Assembly: GCA_964016885.1 (NCBI GenBank)
Contig: OZ024745.1
Location: 79,608,001 to 79,672,000, forward strand
Direction of reading: 5' to 3'
DNA: 64,000 nt
DNA from: Eledone cirrhosa
Lineage: Eukaryota
Position numbers and translations under genes: made by a program. The notes beneath the pieces are model-generated. The model was given only the letters and a program-made list of their open reading frames with translations, was not told the DNA's origin and made no database searches. Positions 35,859-50,254 of this stretch are shown in pieces; the first letter of the stretch is position 1; each line of letters begins with the position of its first letter.

Positions 35859-36276
35859 CGTATGTATGTATATGTATATGTATTTATATATATATATATC
35901 GGATATTTACCTTTGTGTTTTCGTTTGGTTTCGTCATGGTTTCGTCTATTTCCATGCTAATAAAGAAAGTTTTTGTTTCCTTGTTGGTTTGTATGAATGC
36001 ATTTGGGAAATGGCTTTTCTCACATCAATCTCGCATCACATCCATCAATCACTTCAATCACTCGACAACTAAACGGCACATCGACCATCGATCGAACAAC
36101 AACACAACCAAACAAACTGGACAATGGTTGTGTACACTGTGCTTGAAAAAATAAAGACAAGATGGTCTCTACTGAAATACCTTTGATCGTAGATTTGATC
36201 GATCATGGCTGATCTGCGTTCAAATAAAACAACTTTGCAAATTTATACTTTTAATAAATCGGAAAATTCGACTTAC

Positions 36277-36488
36277 CAATTCTCGATGACACAAACATAT
36301 CGAACAAGTAAATAATATCGCTCATATAATCAAGAACGAACCAAGTTGTTGCATACGATTCATGGATCCTAATGTAAGTTTGTCTGATCACTATAAATAC
36401 ACTGTTGTAGAGAAAAAATACTGAGAGGACTGACGACCAAATTTGATAGAACAACATCGTGTGGTCAATCACCACTTCCTGCCAAAAT
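36277..36488 (-). CDS. CNG channel exon 3 (S1-S2)
   Basis: FWQEVVID...FYQIW...LYN...WFVLDYMSDIIYLFDMFV. Acceptor ttccag, donor gtaagt; phase 2-1. Confidence 0.9.
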
Positions 36489-39319
36489 CTGGAACAAAGG
36501 AGATTGCAAAATTTACTTCGAATACTGAATACTGACTTCAGGTCTATCTAAGATATAATACAAATATCAATAACTGATTATAGATACCTAGGTCTTAATG
36601 AAAACCTAATATAACCTACAAATAATTTATTTTAGAATTCACCGGATTCTTACGAGACATAATAATAATAAAAAAAATCATTTTCCTGTAGTGTAGCAGT
36701 ATGGAGTCTATATTAGAAGTGGCTTACTGTTATCCACATCAGTATTATACGAGAATATAATCTAAGCACTGCAGACTCATGACATACTCAATACTTATAC
36801 AGCGTCTAGAAGGAGGCAGAGCGAAAGAAACAACTGAGTACTGCTTAGGTTCGGGGACACACACTTATAAGTTGTTGTTGTTATTGTTGTTGTTTAGTCC
36901 AATGTCAACGCTGATAGAATAAATTTACGATCAAAACATACCAGTCATGATTATCCCGCCTTTTTAGTAGTAGGACTACATCATCTAATGTATCCTGTCT
37001 TTATATTAAACGATATGGCAGTGGTATGCAGAGAGTGGGCAGTGGGTGTGATGGCCCTGGGCATTTATATCAGGGCAGGTGGTCGGAACATCCAACCAAA
37101 GAATCACAGTGTTCTCTATTTAATATAGCTACTGAACACAGTGCCCACTTAGATTTCTCAAGCGCCCATCCAAAATCTGTCCGCCAATATCAAACAGCTG
37201 AGAAATTTCTGTACTAAAAATTCGATATTTATGCTCAGACAAAACTTATATGGTTGGTTTTATATTAACTTGAACTGTTTATTTCATACTTCATCTGTCT
37301 TTACATATGTAAAATGTCTTCATTGCTCACATTTCTCAGTACTAGACTCTATACTTAAGTTTTAGGAACATGCCATCAAGGAGTTAGCCCTGGTCATCAC
37401 CAAAGCTTTGCACCCCACATATTCGAAATCTCTTCACTGCTCACATTTCTCAGCACTGAGCTCTATACGTGTGTTTTATGGACATACAATGAAGGAGTTG
37501 GTCCTGGTCATCACCAAACCTCTGCACGCCACTACGATATGGTATGATTTAAAGAAATTTGTACTACTATATCTGAGAGACCTGTAGAAGCTATGGAGAT
37601 TTTTGTCACTTGGTTTGGCTGATTGACCTGATATTAAAAACCTTTGTAAATTAGTAAACGCAAGAGCTGCATGTGTATTCCTGAAACGACAGGGCTTCTT
37701 TAGATGATAAAAGCAACAATAAATGGTTGTTTCGAACGGTCCATGCTCTTTGTCACATCGAAGTCAACCTTAATAGAAATCTAAGGCTTATACAAATCAC
37801 TGATGTAAGGCGTAGCTGTACTCTAGAATTGATGTGAGGTTTGAAAATGGTGATGAGTAACCGGCGAACAACTCTACCACACAGATTTAATCTCATGTTA
37901 AATACTTTCACTTTACCTATTCCTCAATAGACAGTAGCGAGTAGTTGTGAGGAGAAATAGAGACACCATTTAACTCCCTTGAACTCAACAGAAAACACGA
38001 TGACAAAGCTTTAGGTATCTTACATTATTCATCTTTTGTGTTGAGTTCATATTCTTTCGTTAATATTATGCTTTGAAGATAGAAGAATTCCATTAAGCTA
38101 ACTGGTTGATCATGGGGCTCACATTGTAGCTAAATTACCGAGACAAAACTTTGAAATAAGTAAACTAATTAATTTGATTAACAATACAAACATGACATTT
38201 AAAATTACTGCAAAACTTCAGTTAAATTGTAATCTGTTACATCAGCTGATATACCGCTATTTTGCCAAAATTTTAAAACTCCTCGCCACCCATCCACATG
38301 ATTCATATTTTAGGGGAGTGGCTCCGGCCACTGTGCTTATAGAATATTTTATGATATTGGCTCCCAACCACCGAACCTATATGAAAATTTCTCAATTGCT
38401 TACTTTGTTTTCTCTTTCTCTTCCTTATTCAATTATTAGTGTTGAAAAACAGAGCAGACGGAGTAGGCAGGTAACCCGAGGTCCGAACCAGCTTGTAATA
38501 ATTTCACTCCATTTATCTCTCTAATAATCTTGATAAAAGCACGAGTGTATCGAATGATAATATGTTCAAAAATCAAATCCTTCCAGAAGAATTAGATTGC
38601 CGGATTTGATGCTTTAATCTATCTTCTCTAGAGTTTCCTTGTACTTGGTTAAAATTCCACGACGATCAACTTTCCCACCGATCCTGTAATATCTAGTTGT
38701 TATTCATAATGATTGATTGAAGCGGTGATTAACTTCAGTTTACATAACATTTCGCATATAAGTGCAAGAATCTCGTAAACGAAATGACATTTATGACAAA
38801 GTTAGAAGCTTCATCGAAAATAGTCTAAATAATAGGGCATTTAAATCCCCTTGCCCCAAAATATGTCCATTTTTTTCGTCACAGCGAGCGTATATTATTT
38901 AGACAATGTTCTAACTTTCTCATGATTTTAAATTCGCTTTTCGTTTCTAAACACACGTTCTTATGAAATTAAATGTTTTAGAATGAAAAGTTTCGAACGG
39001 AAACTGAGGAAACTATAAACATAAGTTGTTAGTCCATCATTACGTTATTCACATGGTTATTTCTGAGACAGACATGAACGATACAACATTTTACTTCTTT
39101 CCCTTCCTTCATATTTAACTATCAGCCTGGATTACACTAGATGCATACGCCACACGAACATAAAATCCTTCTGGTGATGCCCCCACCATCAAATGAGCTA
39201 CAGGATTCACATAACTTACACACCGGACCCCAAACGTACATATGAGACCTGATGTGGCCTGAAAAAAAACTTGCTAGGAACATCAAAAGGTGACAATAAT
39301 TGAGGAAATCAGTACCTAC

Positions 39320-39417
39320 GCGGTGGTAAACAGATCCCCCACATCAATATTTTCTGTCATTTCATTGATAGTGGTTCTGGTCTCCGATGGATCAATCTTG
39401 CTTAAACGACGAAATCT
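39320..39417 (-). CDS. CNG channel exon 2 (predicted)
   Basis: Open frame RFRRLSKIDPSE...LFTT. Acceptor ttttatcag, donor gtaggt; phase 0-2 matches both neighbouring exons. Confidence 0.6.
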
Positions 39418-39779
39418 CTGATAAAATTTGTAAAAACCGATTACTAGAACAAATACTTTATTTTCCACATATAAATGAATACAGTTATTTCTAAAAAAAA
39501 GAAAGACAGTAAGTTGGTGGAAGGTGAAGCATACTTTAAGCCTATTAAATCTCCTGAAATATTTTGTCTCGACTCTCTAGGTTCTGAGTACAGCTCCTGC
39601 TAAGATTGTAAATGTTATTTTTTGTATTCAATAACAGATGTCATCGTCGTCATCGTCATCATCGTCACCGCCATCGCCGTCGTCGTCATCATTATCATCC
39701 ATTCATCATTTTTACGTCGGGTTTTCCATGCTAACATGGGCTGGACGAGCAGAGCGGAGATTATTTCGGCTTCATATGG

Positions 39780-40330
39780 CGTCAAGCGACTGAATTAAGC
39801 GCAAGACTTTAGGAGCTGGTGCCTTATTGCGCTCGGTCGTCAGAAGAAGAGAAGTAGGTGTAAAAGTCAAACTCGCTAGCTTCAATTCGGTATTAGTGCC
39901 AACCATTACCTATGGTAAGGAATGGGTAATGACTGAAAGAATACGATCGCGAATACAAGCGGCCGAAATGGGGTTCCTCCGAAGAGTCTTTGGAATAATG
40001 TTACTCGATAGAGTGTGTAGCTTGGAGATCAAGGAGTTGCTTCATGTAGAGCTGCTATTTTCCGAATTGAGAGATCACAGCTCCGATACTTTGAGCATGT
40101 GGTTAGAATGTCCCAGGGAAGAATCGCTGGGCAGATTTTACGGGCAAAACTAGCCGACAAGAGACCCAGAGGTAGACCCTGAGCAAGATAGTTGGACAAC
40201 ATCCATGAGCTCGGTTGGTCCCATTTAGGGATACAGCCGGATCAATTGGAGATGGTTGCTTCCGATAGGACCCTCTGGAAGGGGTGTATGAAGACTCTGC
40301 CCGAACGATCCTCCCAGGAATATGTGGGCA
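39780..40330 (+). pseudogene. Degenerate RTE 3' fragment
   Basis: PTITYG...RIQAAEMGFLRRV...GRP. Confidence 0.7.
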
Positions 40331-41163
40331 TTAGTAAAGAAGAAGGAGACTATTTGGAACCTCGTAGAATGGAATGTATCTGTAATTAGATAGGTAAACA
40401 TTGTAACATACTGCAACGTATTTAATATTACTGTGAATTACATTAAGGGTTTACGTGTCTGTGGAATACACAGGCACTTACACGTTAATTTAACAAGTTC
40501 GTTCCCTTGACTGAATAACTGGAATACGCATCGTTGAAACTGGCAACGAGCGATAGACTACACAGCAATTCACTTTGTTCTTTAACTCTTTTATTACCAC
40601 CTTGTCAAAAACTGGTTATGGTTCAATGAAACAAAAACCACCCATTTTAAAGGCTTCCGGTTTAAATAAAAAAACTTCCAACATAATTTTGTATATGAAC
40701 CATATATCAAGTTAATATCTTAATAATTAAACAATAATTTTAGTAAATCCATCAGAATTTTTCATGAATTAATTGGAATTTTCAAGCCGTGTTTTTAATT
40801 CAGATATAGTAAATCTAGATATTCCAGGATGACTAGATCAATGCGATACGTTGACGTACTGAACAGATCAAAGAGAAGAAACACCACATTTGCCTTCCCT
40901 TTTTCACATCAAATTGGGGAACGGGGAAAGTCAATTATAGCGACCCCAATACCTAACTGGTACTTAACCTCGGAAGGATGAAAAACAAAGCTAACATCGA
41001 CAGGATTTGAACTCAGAACGTAGAAAGTCGTAACTATATACCGCAAAGCATTTTGTCCGACGCTCTAACGATACTGCCAATAAACCACCCTAGATAATAA
41101 ACATCTACAAAAGTAACTTATAAAATAGATAAATAAACACTGGTATAAACAAAGGCTACTTAC

Positions 41164-41217
41164 TCTTTTAGATCTTGTAAAGACACCCCAAGAGGGGCTT
41201 TTTTGATTTGACGCCAT
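41164..41217 (-). CDS. CNG channel exon 1, coding part (predicted start MASNQKSPSWGVFTRSKR)
   Basis: aaaATGG context with an in-frame upstream TAG; donor gtaagt, phase 0. Confidence 0.5.
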
Positions 41218-42008
41218 TTTCTAGTTCACGCGAATCAACCTATATATATTGTTATAACATTCGTTTTGAAATTTTTGATGCCGTCTCTTTCTACCGTTCA
41301 ATCTTGTGAAAGAAACGTTGAACACAATGATAGCGTCTTTACCATTGCAATAAAGTATTCCAAAGAAGGTGAGCGTCATTTCTCTGAAGGAAGAAAGATA
41401 ATCCAAAATCTGCACTTGAATATATTCTTGTAATTTTCGTTTTCTTTTTCAACATCCGAAACAACTAATAAAAGAAAAATCGCACACTTTGTAAGATGTT
41501 TTGTGTGAGTATTGACTGTAATCTAGTCCAATGCCAGTTGTCATATACAGCCATTCCCTGAAGAATCTTTTTCAAACTAGCTGTGCATCATCCGTGGAAG
41601 TTATGAAACTACAACTTATATAAATATTCCAGGCAGAATGTAGCGCTTAATTCCCTATTGCTATCCTAATTTTTTTTCTTTATTTTGGAAGAACACAAGT
41701 AACAGATGAGTTTGATGAAATAAGAATAAATGGGCTACCAAGTTTTGGAGTACACCGATGATATACATTTTCTTTATATATCTGCAATGATATACATTCT
41801 CTTTTAAATAACCAAATGAGTCCGTAGAGTTGGCATTTAATTTCAGTATCTGTATCACTAAATAAATAAGAGGATCATCTTCTCTGGATATGACACTGTT
41901 ATCACGTAACCTCCCCAGAAGTTTTAGTTCCTGCTCCCAACAGGTAATTCAATTTGTAGAAAATTTTGCTAGAAACACGGCGACACACACACACGTACGT
42001 GCGCACGT

Positions 42009-42078
<70 letters not shown>

Positions 42079-43862
42079 GCGTATTATATACTGTAGGTTT
42101 GTAGGTTAATGAGCTGGATATCCCGTACTTTATCTGTTCGACCGCTTCACTTCTGGGAACGCAGATATTAGAATCTATATGGAATCAGACAACCAACCAA
42201 AGGTTTGGGAGTTCGTATCTTGACCCCGGCACTACATTCTCAACAACTGATTTGATAAGAACCACAGATAATCTAATTATCTACTGTAAACAGGACAACG
42301 GTGTACTTGATAAAAGAAAACTTCTTTCTAATGAATTAGTCAGAAGGGGAAGGGAAACGCCCATGAATATTTTCAGGGTCTCCGTGACTTGTAGGAAGAA
42401 AGACGGCATAAGTGCTTGCAAGAGTGGAAAGCGGCAAAGGCACCCAGGGACCAGGTAATAGTGTTAAACTAACTAATGGATCAAGTCAAAAACATGAAAA
42501 AGATTGGTTTTTCACCCACACGACTATGGTAGGAGACACTTGTTCACGGTGCTACGCACTGGGATTCAACCGGAACTACATAGTTGATAGTTACGAATCG
42601 ACACACTACAACTAAGCAGCCAAGCTTTGTCAATGTGCGATACTAAGTCCTATTCCTCTAAGAAAAGGCCTCCTGTTAAAGACTAGCATCTTATCGACGA
42701 AGAATTTTATATCTCGTCAGATTAATTCAGCAAAAACCAGTGAAAAATACCAATCCCGTGTATACTTGTTTAACTGAGCTAGCATTTCGCTTTTTATGCA
42801 ATGTATAAAATGTATTTATTTGTCATCAAGTTTAATAAAAATATATAATGTTTAAAACTATTCAAAAAGAGAAAATCGATAATTTGCACATGATTAAATA
42901 TTTCCAAACATTAAAAAAGAAAACGGCGATACATAACAAAACACAACAATGGCAACCAAAGAAAAAAAAAAAAATCTCAAAAACCAACCATTTTTATCAC
43001 TGCAAACAAAAAGTAAAATCCAGAATCGAATTTTAAAAGTTATTTGTAAACAACTATGCTTATATTGTTTTTATAGCCATGTAATAATTATTGGGAAAAA
43101 ACATGCAGAGTATATTATTTTTAATTTTTAGGAATTTAAAGGATTGGCAGAAAATATTGGACAGATTACGTTCCGATAAAAACACTCTATCTTTTCGAAA
43201 CTTTCAGTTATTCGATATTCAATGATTTCTTATAGAACCAAACAAGGTCAGATGGTAGTAGATTAATGAAAATACAATTGAATGACGTTCATGCCTATTC
43301 CTTATTTAAGAGAGTATGTGATGAAGGTGAAATAATGGTTACAAACCAACTATTGTACCCGAATTAAAAACTCAACTTGCTGAGAAACCACCTCTTATTT
43401 TACGAAGATGGCTCTGGATCTAGCATATCGACCAATGTTGATGTTGTTGCTTAGTTCCACTTCATCTCAGATAGAGCAAAGCTGTGGTCCAAGGCGTTCT
43501 CTTTTTGAAGGCAGCAAACCAATAGTCCACAATGTGTTTGCTGCGTAGTATCCATGCCAACATTGATTGAACGCTCACTGAAAACTATTAACCAACACTA
43601 GAAATATGTTGATATTAACCAACAGCGATATTAACAAACTCAAAAGGCTGCTGTATTATTATCAGTATCAGTAGAGCGTAGAACAATATGCTTTACAACA
43701 TAGAGTCACGGTCCTTTACGTTCTGAGTTCAAACATTTTCCAAAGAGCTCCTTTCCAATTTTCATGATGTTTTGGCCTCACGTATGCAGACTCGATACAT
43801 GGATGCACTTCGACACCTCGTGGTTAGTAAATATATAATATATAATATATATATATATTATA

Positions 43863-44037
43863 CAGACCTGTCAACTTTCCATGTCCGACGGGAAGATCTC
43901 TCACCCACTTTGGGGTGGATGAGAGATGTTTTCTCTTGCTAAAACGAGTATAGCTTTCATAATGTAAAATCTGCCCATTTTGGGGCACTTCTTTTCATGG
44001 TACTCCCCGTTTGGGTTTTTAGAGGTAGGCAGGTCTG
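43863..44037. mobile_element. Short MITE with CAGACCTG/CAGGTCTG termini (related copy ~47786-47971)
   Basis: Terminal inverted repeats and a second homologous copy in the window. Confidence 0.55.
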
Positions 44038-44052
44038 ATTATATGTATACAG

Positions 44053-44094
<42 letters not shown>

Positions 44095-44095
<1 letters not shown>

Positions 44096-44187
44096 ATTGT
44101 TTCTACTTTTGGCACAAGACCAGCAATTACCCAGTACATTACTGGTACTTTATTTTATCGACCCCGTAAGGATGAAAGGCAAAGTTA

Positions 44188-44246
<59 letters not shown>

Positions 44247-45526
44247 GTTTCTACTATTGGCACAAGGTCAGCAATTATCAGTACATTACTGGTACTTTAT
44301 TTTATCGACCCCGTAAGGATGAAAGGCAAAGTTAATATATTATATAATATTATATAATATTATATTATTTCAAATCCCACCGAGGTTAACTTTGCTTTTC
44401 ATCCTTACGGGGTCGATAAAATAAAGTACCAGTAATCTACTGGGTATTTGCTGGCCTTGTGCCAAAAGTAGAAACAATTATATTATTTCGAGGGGATATA
44501 ATACGAAAACCTGTTGAAAGGCTCTCCAATATTCAGCATAAGTTTATGCTACATAAAAATTTGTGAGTAACAATAACATAAATAACCAATGTAATCTATC
44601 TTGGAACAAGGCACATTAAATCAACTTTTACTTTTAAGGGTATGAGTTAGGGTTAGGGTTAGGGTTATAGTATGTTTTGGAATCCAGAAACAAGAAATTA
44701 CAATAAAACAGCCGATAGTCAAAAGAAATAGGGATGTAAGTAAAGACCCAGATGCAGCAACTGATGCAGTCTCACATCATAAGCAGCTATCAATAAATGT
44801 CATTATTTATCCATCAATCCCGCCGAGGTTGACTTTGCCTTTCATCCTTACGGGGTCGATAAAATAAAGTACCAGTAATGCACTGGGTAATTACTGGCCT
44901 TGTGCCTAAAGTAGAAACAATTATTTATCCATCATGTGGACAAAACATTGTGCACTGTAATCTCTACAAAGAATTTTCCTGAAGATAAAAAGTATAAAAA
45001 TTGGGGAGTGTAATCACTTATAATATGAAAGAATGTTGGTGGAATGTTCCTATGAAGCCATCAATGAAATATAATCATAACATACTCAGCATGGTACCTG
45101 GGACTGGGGAAAGCAACCATGCACAGATATATAGATAAAATATCTATATGGAAATAATGAGAAATCCCCAGTTACTCTATTCAGACTTTAACTTGAGGTT
45201 TATAGCTATAACTATCAGAGTATTTAAATATATAGCTAACCGCCTAGGCACCAATCTTAAGTCAAGCATCACAAAACCAGGAATGTCACGTCTAATTAAA
45301 GAAATTGTAGTTACAAGCCATTAATTAATCAGTAAATAGGGCGGTGGATTGGCAGTATCAGTAGAGGGTCGGACGCCATGCTTTCCAGCATAGTTACGTC
45401 CCTTTACGATCTGAGGTCAAATCCCGCCGAGGTTGACTTTGCCTTTCATCCTTACGGGGTCGATAAAATAAAGTACCAGTAATGCACTGGGTAATTGCTG
45501 GCCTTGTGCCTAAAGTAGAAACAATT
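44095..45526. mobile_element. Cluster of tRNA-derived SINE copies (44095-44190 -, 44243-44336 -, 44369-44480 +, 44816-44922 +, 45340-45526 +)
   Basis: Conserved SINE body. Further copies at ~40915-41090 (-), 48903-49090 (+) and 51994-52183 (-). Confidence 0.8.
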
Positions 45527-45662
45527 AATTAATCAGTAAAGATATGTAAAACAATTTTCAGATGTTTAGCATTTAATAAGTGATATACACATGTATATAT
45601 GTATGTGTATACATTCATAATTCCCAACATACAGTTTCACATATGCAATGGCAGCTTTGCTT

Positions 45663-45744
<82 letters not shown>

Positions 45745-45745
<1 letters not shown>

Positions 45746-46357
45746 GTGGCTGCCAACTCGTTTTCGAGTACGGCCACTACTTTATATCCATGTAGGAGAA
45801 CCCCTACCGATGCGCTGAACGAGTGTGACTTTTTAGTCCAGCCACCGACTTGAAAACTCTGGTACAAACACTACACTTGTGACAATTATTGACACATAGT
45901 GCTGGGCCCATGGTACCATGTGACGACAAGTGCAGAGAGATCTCCAGATATAAAGCAATGCCTGTGCCGTGAAGCTTTTATAGTGAGCAAAGGCACTGCA
46001 CAAAGCCAGTCCCACTCTCTTAACCAAGATGATATTTACCAAAAAGAAGAACAAGTCAACATCATTAGATACCATCATAGTTGCAGGTGTTATATCAGAG
46101 TTTTCCTTCTCCTAGAATTCTGCCTTGACAAAGGCTAAGGGGTCATCGCTCCCGGTGATTTTGGATGGCCATTGACTCTTAAGAGCTCCTTTGCCCTTTG
46201 ACAGGTTTTGTTTTGTCAGGTCACCAGTTGGTGCTACTGGTAACATGTATCTCAGTACAACCTGTCTCATGGTCGGGTCGTTGGCGACTAAACTGGCAAC
46301 CCCACCAAGGTTTCTTGGTGAGGAGGGTGACTTTGGACATCCTGCAGGACTAAAAAC
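45745..46357 (-). mobile_element. Family A copy 6 with inverted 5' head (46215-46357 on +)
   Basis: The 3' part lies on the minus strand and the complete 5' head is inverted. Confidence 0.87.
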
Positions 46358-46375
46358 ATACATACATACATACAT

Positions 46376-46955
46376 ACACAGGAGATCAACACGAAATACC
46401 TGATTCACAAATTATTATGATATGGGGCAGGGAGAAGAAAGCATGCAAAGTAGTGGAAATTAGCTGCCCAACAGATGCCAATATAATATCAAAGATTAGT
46501 GAAGAGGAGAATATTTATGCAGAACTGATGAGAAATCTGCAGTTACTTACACCTTCAGATTTATGCCTGTGATTATTGGGGCACTGGGGTATGTTAGTAA
46601 CTGCCTCAATACAAATCTTGAGAAGCTAGGGTTCACAGGAACAGAAAGAACACAACTAGTTAGGAAATTACAAGTACAATCCATTAATGGAACAGTAAAA
46701 ATATGTAAAACATTCCAAAAATTTTGCATCTAATAACTGCATATACACATATACAGAGGCAAAGCATATACACATGCACACATACAACTCAAAACATACA
46801 CATCCGCACATACAATAACATCCATATCTACACATGCATGCATACATATCTACCTAGTTGATGTGTAAATTCCAATGAGAGAGACTTGTGTCTATGTTAG
46901 AAACCGACTCTCTCTCTCTATTGGTAAAACTTTGTGAAATTATAAAACCAGAAGA
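46376..46955 (+). pseudogene. R4/Dong-like non-LTR 3' fragment between (CATA)n tracts
   Basis: KVVEISCP...IYAELMRNLQ...PVIIGALG...GTVKICKTF. Confidence 0.6.
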
Positions 46956-49569
46956 ACATACATACATACATACATACATACATACATACATACATACATA
47001 CATACATACATACATACATACATACATACATACATACATACATCATTAGAATCAACTGTTAAATGTTTTTATTTTAGGGTTACCATCCTCATTTATTTGA
47101 TTCAAGAAAATAAACCAAATTTCAGAATTAGGCTGAGCAAACAGGTTATTTGGTCATAAGAAGGAATCTGAAAGCAGTCGACTGACTTGCTAAAAGTAAC
47201 AAACAAATCCCTCTCAAATCACACTTAAACAAAGGAAAGATATTTTAGATGATGTAGTCCTAGGTACAGTATTTTTGGAGAGGGTGGTGTAAGATGTAGT
47301 CATTAGGTACACTATATCTGGGGGGGGGGGGGGGGGGGATGTTGAAAACTGGAACGCCTTTGATCAAGCATTCCACGATCAAAGTTGTTCTGTGGCTAAA
47401 CAACAAAAACAACTCGCATAGGAACAGCAGCTATATATATATATATATATATATATAGACTTCGGGAATTAGAGAGACGATCCAAGTCAGTAACTATTGG
47501 TTTATAAGGCCATGACTGAACTAGGGCTAAACAACACGATTACCACTGCAAAATAAACATCGAATCTAGTAGATTTGTTACTGATAGGGTGCTTTATGAC
47601 AAATTTTGCTTAGTCACGAAACTTGTGCATTCAGTACACTTTTATTTAACATATTATTCATTTTAAATATGGCTTCGAGTGGAACGATAACTACAACGGC
47701 TTAAATCTTGTCTATATCAGCACAGAATAATTAAAACAATCAGAATGATAATATGACTTTTCATGGCGGTATTTGGCGAATTAATCAGACCTGTCAACTC
47801 TCCCCTTCCAGCTGGGAGATCTTCCACCCACTTTGGTATAGGGGAGAGATGTCTTCTCTTATGAAAATGGGTATAGTTATCATTATGTAAAATCTCCCCA
47901 TTTTGCCTCATTTCTCCTCGTTTTGGGGCACCTTTTTCACGGTACTCCCCGTTTGGGTCTTTAGAGGTCTGAATTAATATAAGCTAAGCTGAACATAAGT
48001 CAAACAACTTCATTTTCACAAAGGTACTTGAATTTTCATCGCGAACTCTCACCATGCTCCAGTTTGATAACTGTAATCTCTAAAAAAAAGAGTCTAAAGA
48101 CTGTTTTAAGCCCGGAATCTCATTAGGCCGGTGTTTATCCCGGTTTCAATGGCGTTAATTGAGAGTATAAGACTTCCTTCTGGATAGGATGCGAGTCCAC
48201 CGTAGGGTTAAATCACCAGCTACTGCCTGTACTCGTTTTCAACCGAATATACTGGAGCTATGTGAAATGAAGTGTTTTGCTCAAGAATACACCACACAAC
48301 ACAGTCCAAGAATCGAATTGATGACATTATGACCGTAAGCCCAGACAGATTTATCGAGGGTAGTTAACTCACAGGTAGACTGACAGAATCGTTAGAGAGT
48401 CGGACAAAATGACTTGCAATATTCAGTTACGTTCTTTTATGCTCTAAGTTGAAATTTACTTTTCATCCTTCTAACATCGAAAAATAAATTTAGTTTGAGT
48501 TAGTTTTACACCCGTTTTTTATTGCACGAGTTGGATGAAACTCGGAGCGTTAAGCGACTAAGAATACTTTACTGAATGGAACCTTTAAATAAATATATGA
48601 AGAGTTGTCAAATAATATATCGCAAATGTTGAACAACAACGTCGTTTTTTACATCCATCACCGGTATATATTTATGAAGGATACTTATATACACGTGCAC
48701 GCATACACACACATGCACGCACGCGCGCGCGTGCACACCCACACCAACACCCACACACACACAGATACAAACATGACGGGTTTCTGTCCAATTACCGTCT
48801 AACATTTTTCACTCACAGTGTATTGGTTAACTCGAGGAAGGTTCGCAAAGCGAACCTCTTAACAATACAGCCATGCTTGCGTCCGTTCTTTCTCCATTAT
48901 TTGATTGAATTGGCAGTATCGGTAGAGGGTCAGACGCCATGCTTTCTAGCATAGTTATGTCCCTTTATGATCTGAGTTCAAATCCCGCCGAGGTTAACTT
49001 TGCCTTTCATCCTTACGGGGTCGATAAAATAAAGTACCAGTAGTGTACTGTGTAATTGCTGGCCTTGTGCCAAAAAGTAGAAACAATTATTTGATATTGA
49101 TCTCAGTGGTATATTAATTAGCAGTCGTTAACAAACACGTTAATTCACAAATTAACAATGTACGCTGTTAATGAGTCTCAATTAATTAAATCTATATTAG
49201 CTGTTTCAGATTTTTAATAATTAAACAACCATAGAAGCGGTTGATTTATATAAAACACTTGGAGCTACACTAAACTGAAAAGGTAGACTAACTATATATT
49301 TAATTAAATGTATTAATTATAATCAACCAATGATACAAAATGAAATGTGACAGTTGCTATCATAGAAACAACAAATTATTAGTTATCGATATCTTCTAAC
49401 ATTTGTGAAATTCATCATTGTAATTCTTCAAAGATCAATATCATTCTCCCTCTTGTACACTAACGTTATTCTAACTGTTGTTTCAAATCTCCCACCCCAC
49501 CCTCGTAAATAGTTCTCTTGAATTTCTGTCGGGTATAGGCATGGTTGTGTGTTAACAATGTTTGGTTCG

Positions 49570-49680
49570 CAACCACGTGGTTTTCGATTCAATTCAACCA
49601 CGTGGTTTTCGATTCAATTCAACCACGTGGTTTTCGATTCAATTCAACCACGTGGTTTTCGATTCAATTCAACCACGTGG
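49570..49680. repeat. 25-bp tandem repeat (4.4 copies) inside a degenerate SINE, containing 5 CACGTG E-boxes
   Basis: Unit CAACCACGTGGTTTTCGATTCAATT. Confidence 0.9.
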
Positions 49681-49879
49681 CACTTCGAGCAAGTAGCTCT
49701 CAGTCGACTAAAATCTTTTGAGTAAAATTGCTGTTCCTCTGCTGTAGGTAGGGATTCCGAGGGTTGTAATCCTCATACCCTCTTCCTGCTATTTCATGCG
49801 TTAAACTAATATATTCCTTCAGTATACTATACCGATTGTGTTGTTATTTCTGTTTACCTTTTACACCCCCCCACACACA

Positions 49880-50120
49880 CACATGTATATATAGGCAGTG
49901 CAACCCCACATCATCAACACAAGAGAAACAAAACCATAAGAGCATGAAGAAAGAGAAAAAAAACCCTCAACGCTCACATGATGATGTGGTCTAGCATAAT
50001 GCAACCTGATAAGCGTACAGCCAGCAACTCCCAGGCCTGGAACAATGACGTGCCGACCCTGTATGGGCTTCGCAAAGACCACAAAACAAATAGTAACCCA
50101 GTCAAAGGGCCACCGACATT
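49880..50120 (+). pseudogene. PLE RT fragment (different family)
   Basis: VPTLYGLRKDHK...GPPT. Confidence 0.55.
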
Positions 50121-50182
50121 ATATGAAGGACTAGCGTCCTTAAATTGTTGTATCCCAACAATTTAAATAGAACTTTTATATA

Positions 50183-50250
<68 letters not shown>

Positions 50251-50254
<4 letters not shown>

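Noticed and set aside
44647-44667. (TTAGGG)3 telomeric repeat
   Set aside because: Too short to indicate a telomere or a fusion site.
45340-45430. tRNA gene
   Set aside because: The A/B boxes belong to the SINE head, and there is no complete cloverleaf.
49570-49680. CRISPR-like array
   Set aside because: The repeats are directly adjacent, with no spacers.
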